In this document: positions 37,494-41,301 of the stretch, one piece after another
How positions within the stretch are numbered: position 1 is the stretch's first letter
How the letters are laid out: each line of letters begins with the position of its first letter
Assembly (NCBI GenBank): GCA_938084645.1
Contig: CALKEP010000018.1
Coordinates: 1-41,301, forward strand
DNA from: an uncultured Phycisphaerales bacterium
GTDB lineage: Bacteria > Planctomycetota > Phycisphaerae > Phycisphaerales > SM1A02
Reading direction: 5' to 3'
DNA length: 41,301 bases
The notes under the pieces: generated by a model
Told to the model about the DNA's origin: nothing
Database searches by the model: none
The model's input: the letters and a program-made list of their open reading frames with translations, nothing else
Translations under genes and position numbers: made by a program

Positions 37494-38891
37494 TCAGCCG
37501 ACGCGTTGTCGCAGGAAGTTGATCATGTCCATCCTGGTGATCAGGCCGTAGTAATGCGTGTCGTCGGCGACGATCGCGACGCGGTCCGCCCGGAAGATCG
37601 GGACGAGGTCGTTCATGCTGGCCGACGGGGCCACGATCTCGAGCCGTCGCGTCATGAAGTCGCTGACCGGGAGCTTCGCGTTCTCCGGATCGTGGACCAT
37701 GGCGAGGAGGACGTCCGACTCGTCGAGGATCCCCAGCGGCTTCTCGTGCTGGTCGAGAATCACCATCTGGCTCACGTCGTACATCCGCATCCGCTTGATC
37801 GCGAGATGCAGTGGGATGTCCGGCGTGAGGCAGTAGTCCTCCTTCTCGAGGTGACGCCGGCCGATGAGATCGCGCAGGTCGTCGTGTCGATCACGCTCGA
37901 TGAATCCCTGGTCGGTCATCCAGTGGTCGTTGAACATCTTCGAGAGGTACTTCGCCCCGTTGTCGCAGATGAAGGTGACGACCCGCTTCGGTTCGGTCTG
38001 GGCCCGGCAGTAGCGGAGGGCGGCCTCGAGCAGGGTGCCGACACTCGAACCCGCGAGGACGCCTTCGGTGCGGAGGAGTTCACGGGCGGTGTGGAAGGCA
38101 TCGCCGTCGTCGACGGTGATCGCGGTGTCCACCAGCGACAGATCGAGGATGTCCGGCACGAAGTCCTCGCCGATCCCCTCGACCAGCCACGAACCGGGCT
38201 TCACTTCGAGTCCGTCGTTGACCTTGGGGGCGAGGATCGATCCGTCGGGATCCGCGAGCACCACCTGCACGTCGGGATTCCGCTCCTTGAGGTACCGACC
38301 GACGCCACTCACCGTGCCGCCCGAGCCGACGCCCGCGACGAAGGCGTCGACGTCCCCGTCCATCTGTCCCCAGATCTCGGGGCCGGTGGTCTCGTAGTGC
38401 GCCTGAGGATTCGCCTCGTTGGCGAACTGGTTGATGAAGAAGGCGTTCGGATCCCGGTCGGCGATCGCCGCGGCGACCTCCTGGTAGTACTCGGGATGAC
38501 CCTTCTCGACGTCACTGCGCGCGAGATGGACTTCGGCGCCCATCGCCCGCAGGTGCGAGATCTTCTCGTCGCTCATCTTGTCCGGCACCACCACGGTCAG
38601 GTCGTAGCCCTTCTGGGCGGCGATCAGGGCGAGGGCGAGTCCGGTGTTGCCCGCGGTCGCCTCGACGACTCGGCCGCCGGGCTTCAGTCGGCCGGACTTC
38701 TCCGCCTGATCGATCATGTAGACCGCGATGCGGTCCTTGATCGAGTTGCCGGGGTTCATCGACTCCATCTTCACGAAGAGTCGGCAGGGGCCGGTGTCGA
38801 GCCGCTTCAACTCGAGCATCGGGGTGTTCCCGATCATGTCGAGCACGTTCCCGAAGACGGGCGCGAAGGCGGTGGCGGGGGTTTCGGACAC
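37494..38891 (-). CDS. cbs: Cystathionine beta-synthase with C-terminal CBS domain pair
   Basis: IGNTP, KMESMNPGNSIKDR (PLP Lys), EATAGNTG, GVGSGGT, VEGIGEDF, C-terminal CBS pair. GTG start 38891 after GGAG. Confidence 0.9.
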   Translation of the reverse strand: MSETPATAFAPVFGNVLDMIGNTPMLELKRLDTGPCRLFVKMESMNPGNSIKDRIAVYMIDQAEKSGRLKPGGRVVEATAGNTGLALALIAAQKGYDLTVVVPDKMSDEKISHLRAMGAEVHLARSDVEKGHPEYYQEVAAAIADRDPNAFFINQFANEANPQAHYETTGPEIWGQMDGDVDAFVAGVGSGGTVSGVGRYLKERNPDVQVVLADPDGSILAPKVNDGLEVKPGSWLVEGIGEDFVPDILDLSLVDTAITVDDGDAFHTARELLRTEGVLAGSSVGTLLEAALRYCRAQTEPKRVVTFICDNGAKYLSKMFNDHWMTDQGFIERDRHDDLRDLIGRRHLEKEDYCLTPDIPLHLAIKRMRMYDVSQMVILDQHEKPLGILDESDVLLAMVHDPENAKLPVSDFMTRRLEIVAPSASMNDLVPIFRADRVAIVADDTHYYGLITRMDMINFLRQRVG

Positions 38892-39050
38892 GACTGGTCT
38901 CCGGGGTCCGGCGTCCATGATCCGGCGGTCGGCGGCGTGGATGCGCGGGGTGACTGGGTGGCCCCGTATGGTACCGGGGAAGTCGGGCCGGCCCCCGGCG
39001 CCGATCCGGCCACCGCCCACTCCGGTCTTCCTCGTTTTCGGAGCCGATTG

Positions 39051-39779
39051 ATGTCCGATCCCGACTCCGATCCCGTGCTGAAGGCAGCCGTCGCTTCCGC
39101 CGCCGCGGCCGGCATGGTCCTTGAAACGGTGAACGGCATCCTCGAACTTCGGCTTCCCGAGGATCGCCCGGGCACCGGGGTGCGGGGCGAGATCGAGTCG
39201 GCGCTGGTTCGTCGCCTGGAATCGGGACATCCGCTCCGCCGGATCGTCCAGGGCCTCGGCGAGACGCCGGGGGCCATCCTCGACCTGACGGGCGGTCTCG
39301 GGACCGATACCTCGGTCGCCGCGGCGTCCTCGACCCGATGCGTCGTCACCTGCGAGCGGCACCCGGTGGTGGCGGCGCTCCTGGAAGACGGACGCCGTCG
39401 GGCCGTCGCGGCCGAACTCGAGCCGGCGATCCGGATCGAGGTGCATCACGGGGACGCCATCGACCGGCTTCAATGCGAGGGTGCCCCGCCGGCGCTGGTG
39501 GTGATCGACCCGATGTTTCCACCGCGAAGGAAGTCGTCGGCGTTGCCGCCCAAGCCGATGCAGCGGCTTCGATCACTCCTGCACGACGCGGCGATCGACG
39601 TCGATGCCGAGGTTCGCGACCTGCTCGTCGCCGCCGAACGAGCCGACGCCGGGCGAGTCGTCCTGAAGCGACCTCCGGACGCGATCGTCCCGCACACGTC
39701 CCTCGGACCGCCGACCTTCGAGATCTCGACGAAGCTGCTTCGCTGGTCCGTCTGGGAACGTCGGTCGCCCGCCGGGTGA
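39051..39779 (+). CDS. rsmJ: RsmJ-like SAM-dependent methyltransferase (16S m2G1516 family)
   Basis: [48 protein letters not shown]. This is the C-terminal part of ORF 37416..39779. Confidence 0.8.
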   Translation: MSDPDSDPVLKAAVASAAAAGMVLETVNGILELRLPEDRPGTGVRGEIESALVRRLESGHPLRRIVQGLGETPGAILDLTGGLGTDTSVAAASSTRCVVTCERHPVVAALLEDGRRRAVAAELEPAIRIEVHHGDAIDRLQCEGAPPALVVIDPMFPPRRKSSALPPKPMQRLRSLLHDAAIDVDAEVRDLLVAAERADAGRVVLKRPPDAIVPHTSLGPPTFEISTKLLRWSVWERRSPAG

Positions 39780-39930
39780 CGGGGCGTGCTCGCCCGGGAG
39801 GTTCGACCTGATGGTCACGGTGTGCGACCATGGCCTGCCCCCGGCGGGTGCGGGACGAGATCCGGGACCGCATCGCCGGAGGACGTCCGAAACTCATCAG
39901 GGTCATCGTTCACCAAAGGACCAGTGCTTC

Positions 39931-41061
39931 ATGAGTGCGATTCCCCCCGATTCCGGCTCCGACTCGCCGGAGACACCCTGCGCCGCCGCCGAACCCGGTC
40001 GACTCGGCTTCCTCGACCGGTTCCTGACGCTCTGGATCTTTCTCGCAATGACGATCGGCGTGCTCCTCGGGCGCTTCGTGCCGGGGATCGGTGCGGCGCT
40101 CGACCGGGTCTCGGTCGGCAGCACGAACATCCCGATCGCGATCGGTCTGATCCTGATGATGTATCCACCGCTCGCCAAAGTCCGGTACGAGAAGCTGCCC
40201 GAGGTCTTCCGCGACTGGAAGATCCTGGTGTTGTCGCTGGTGCAGAACTGGATCGTGGGACCGGTCCTGATGTTCGTGCTGGCGGTCGTCTTCCTGCAGG
40301 GGCATCCCGAGTACATGATCGGGCTCATCATGGTGGGGCTCGCCCGATGCATCGCGATGGTCCTGGTCTGGAACGATCTCGCCCGAGGCAGCAACGACTA
40401 CGCCGCCGGACTGGTGGCGTTCAACAGCATCTTCCAGGTGTTGTTCTTCGGCGTCTACGCGTGGTTCTTCATCACCTGGCTGCCTCCGATGCTCGGCCTC
40501 GAAGGGGCGGAGGTGGCGATCTCGATCGGTCAGGTCTTCCAGAGCGTCCTGATCTATCTCGGCATTCCGTTCCTCGCCGGGATGGTGACTCGATTCGTGC
40601 TTCGACCGCTGAAGGGTGACCGGTGGTACACGGAGACGTTCCTGCCGAGGATCGGCCCGATCACACTGCTCGCGCTGCTCTTCACGATCCTGGTGATGTT
40701 CAGTCTCAAGGGCGACCGCATCATCGCATTGCCCTTCGACATTCTGCTGATCGCGGTGCCGCTCACCATCTACTTCGTGGTGATGTTCCTGGTCAGCTTC
40801 CTGATGGCCCGAAAGGTCGGGGCGGACTACGAGCGGGCGGCCACCCTCGCGTTCACCGCTTCGGGCAACAACTTCGAACTGGCGATCGCGGTCGCCATCG
40901 CGGTCTTCGGCATCGGTTCCGGCGTGGCGTTCGCGACGGTCGTCGGTCCGCTGGTCGAAGTCCCGGTGCTCATCGGGCTGGTGAGCGTCTCCTTCTGGCT
41001 CAAGCGCCGTCTGTATCCGGATGGGCTGGTTCGAGGTGGCGGTGGCGACGTCTCCGCATGA
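39931..41061 (+). CDS. acr3: Acr3-family arsenite efflux transporter
   Basis: [59 protein letters not shown] precedes ATG 39931. Confidence 0.96.
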   Translation: MSAIPPDSGSDSPETPCAAAEPGRLGFLDRFLTLWIFLAMTIGVLLGRFVPGIGAALDRVSVGSTNIPIAIGLILMMYPPLAKVRYEKLPEVFRDWKILVLSLVQNWIVGPVLMFVLAVVFLQGHPEYMIGLIMVGLARCIAMVLVWNDLARGSNDYAAGLVAFNSIFQVLFFGVYAWFFITWLPPMLGLEGAEVAISIGQVFQSVLIYLGIPFLAGMVTRFVLRPLKGDRWYTETFLPRIGPITLLALLFTILVMFSLKGDRIIALPFDILLIAVPLTIYFVVMFLVSFLMARKVGADYERAATLAFTASGNNFELAIAVAIAVFGIGSGVAFATVVGPLVEVPVLIGLVSVSFWLKRRLYPDGLVRGGGGDVSA

Positions 41062-41188
41062 CGGCCGGTCGTTTGCAAGGTTCTGTTTCGCCGCGACTTG
41101 AGAGTCGCTCGCGAATGGTATTCGGTGCGGGCGGCAGCGTGGCCGCCGCGGACTGATCGGGGCCCCGCCGATCGGCTACCGTGCCGGG

Positions 41189-41301
41189 ATGCCCGCCGCC
41201 TGGTTCCATGTCGAGTCGATGCCCGCCGCCGATTCCGCCGCCCTGCTCGACGCGAAGGAGGCGAAGCACGCGGTCGGGTCCCGTCGACTCGCCCCTGGTG
41301 A
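41189..41301 (+). CDS. rsmE: Probable N-terminus of RsmE (16S m3U1498 methyltransferase), truncated by the window end
   Basis: Manual translation MPAAWFHVESMPAADSAALLDAKEAKHAVGSRRLAPG resembles the RsmE N-terminal pattern L...E..H...vlRl..Gd. Not in the ORF track. Confidence 0.6.
   Translation, partial: MPAAWFHVESMPAADSAALLDAKEAKHAVGSRRLAPG

Noticed and set aside
37416..39050. Apparent long N-terminal extension of the RsmJ-like ORF (787 aa), and the reciprocal extension of cbs to 39473
   Set aside because: Each extension is the antisense of the other gene. The real starts are near 39051 and 38891, so these are not fusions.
41188..41230. 13-bp direct repeat GATGCCCGCCGCC occurring twice
   Set aside because: Only two copies, in frame within a probable CDS (MPAA twice); not a CRISPR or a target-site duplication.

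Overview
Very GC-rich bacterial chromosomal segment. The PAPG-type PEP-CTERM tail and several lineage-typical proteins suggest Planctomycetota, probably Phycisphaerae (inference). About 36 real CDS; most long ORFs in the track are antisense or frame shadows. In order: partial alpha/alpha-toroid gene and ispD; feoA-feoB-small Cys membrane protein with a Fur-like box; an argR-C-B-F-G-H(A)-J operon with ARG boxes and an ArgH-GNAT fusion; a PEP-CTERM-like surface protein; thrS-infC (probable AUC start, long structured leader, no rpmI-rplT); a divergent TolC-FUSC / ytcA-MFP efflux cluster; pyrH-frr-nrdR; a tightly coupled 8-gene, ~10.2 kb envelope operon; cbs-cystathionine lyase-TPR sulfotransferase; rsmJ-like, acr3 and the start of rsmE. 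The best novel-system candidate is the 8-gene operon (24523-34688). It has an ExbB plus two ExbD motor with no TonB, TolA or TBDT. Its first gene carries a TonB/TolA-type SxxxH membrane anchor fused to a MIDAS vWA domain, and it also encodes four uncharacterised helical envelope proteins. No rRNA, tRNA, CRISPR or mobile element was recognised.
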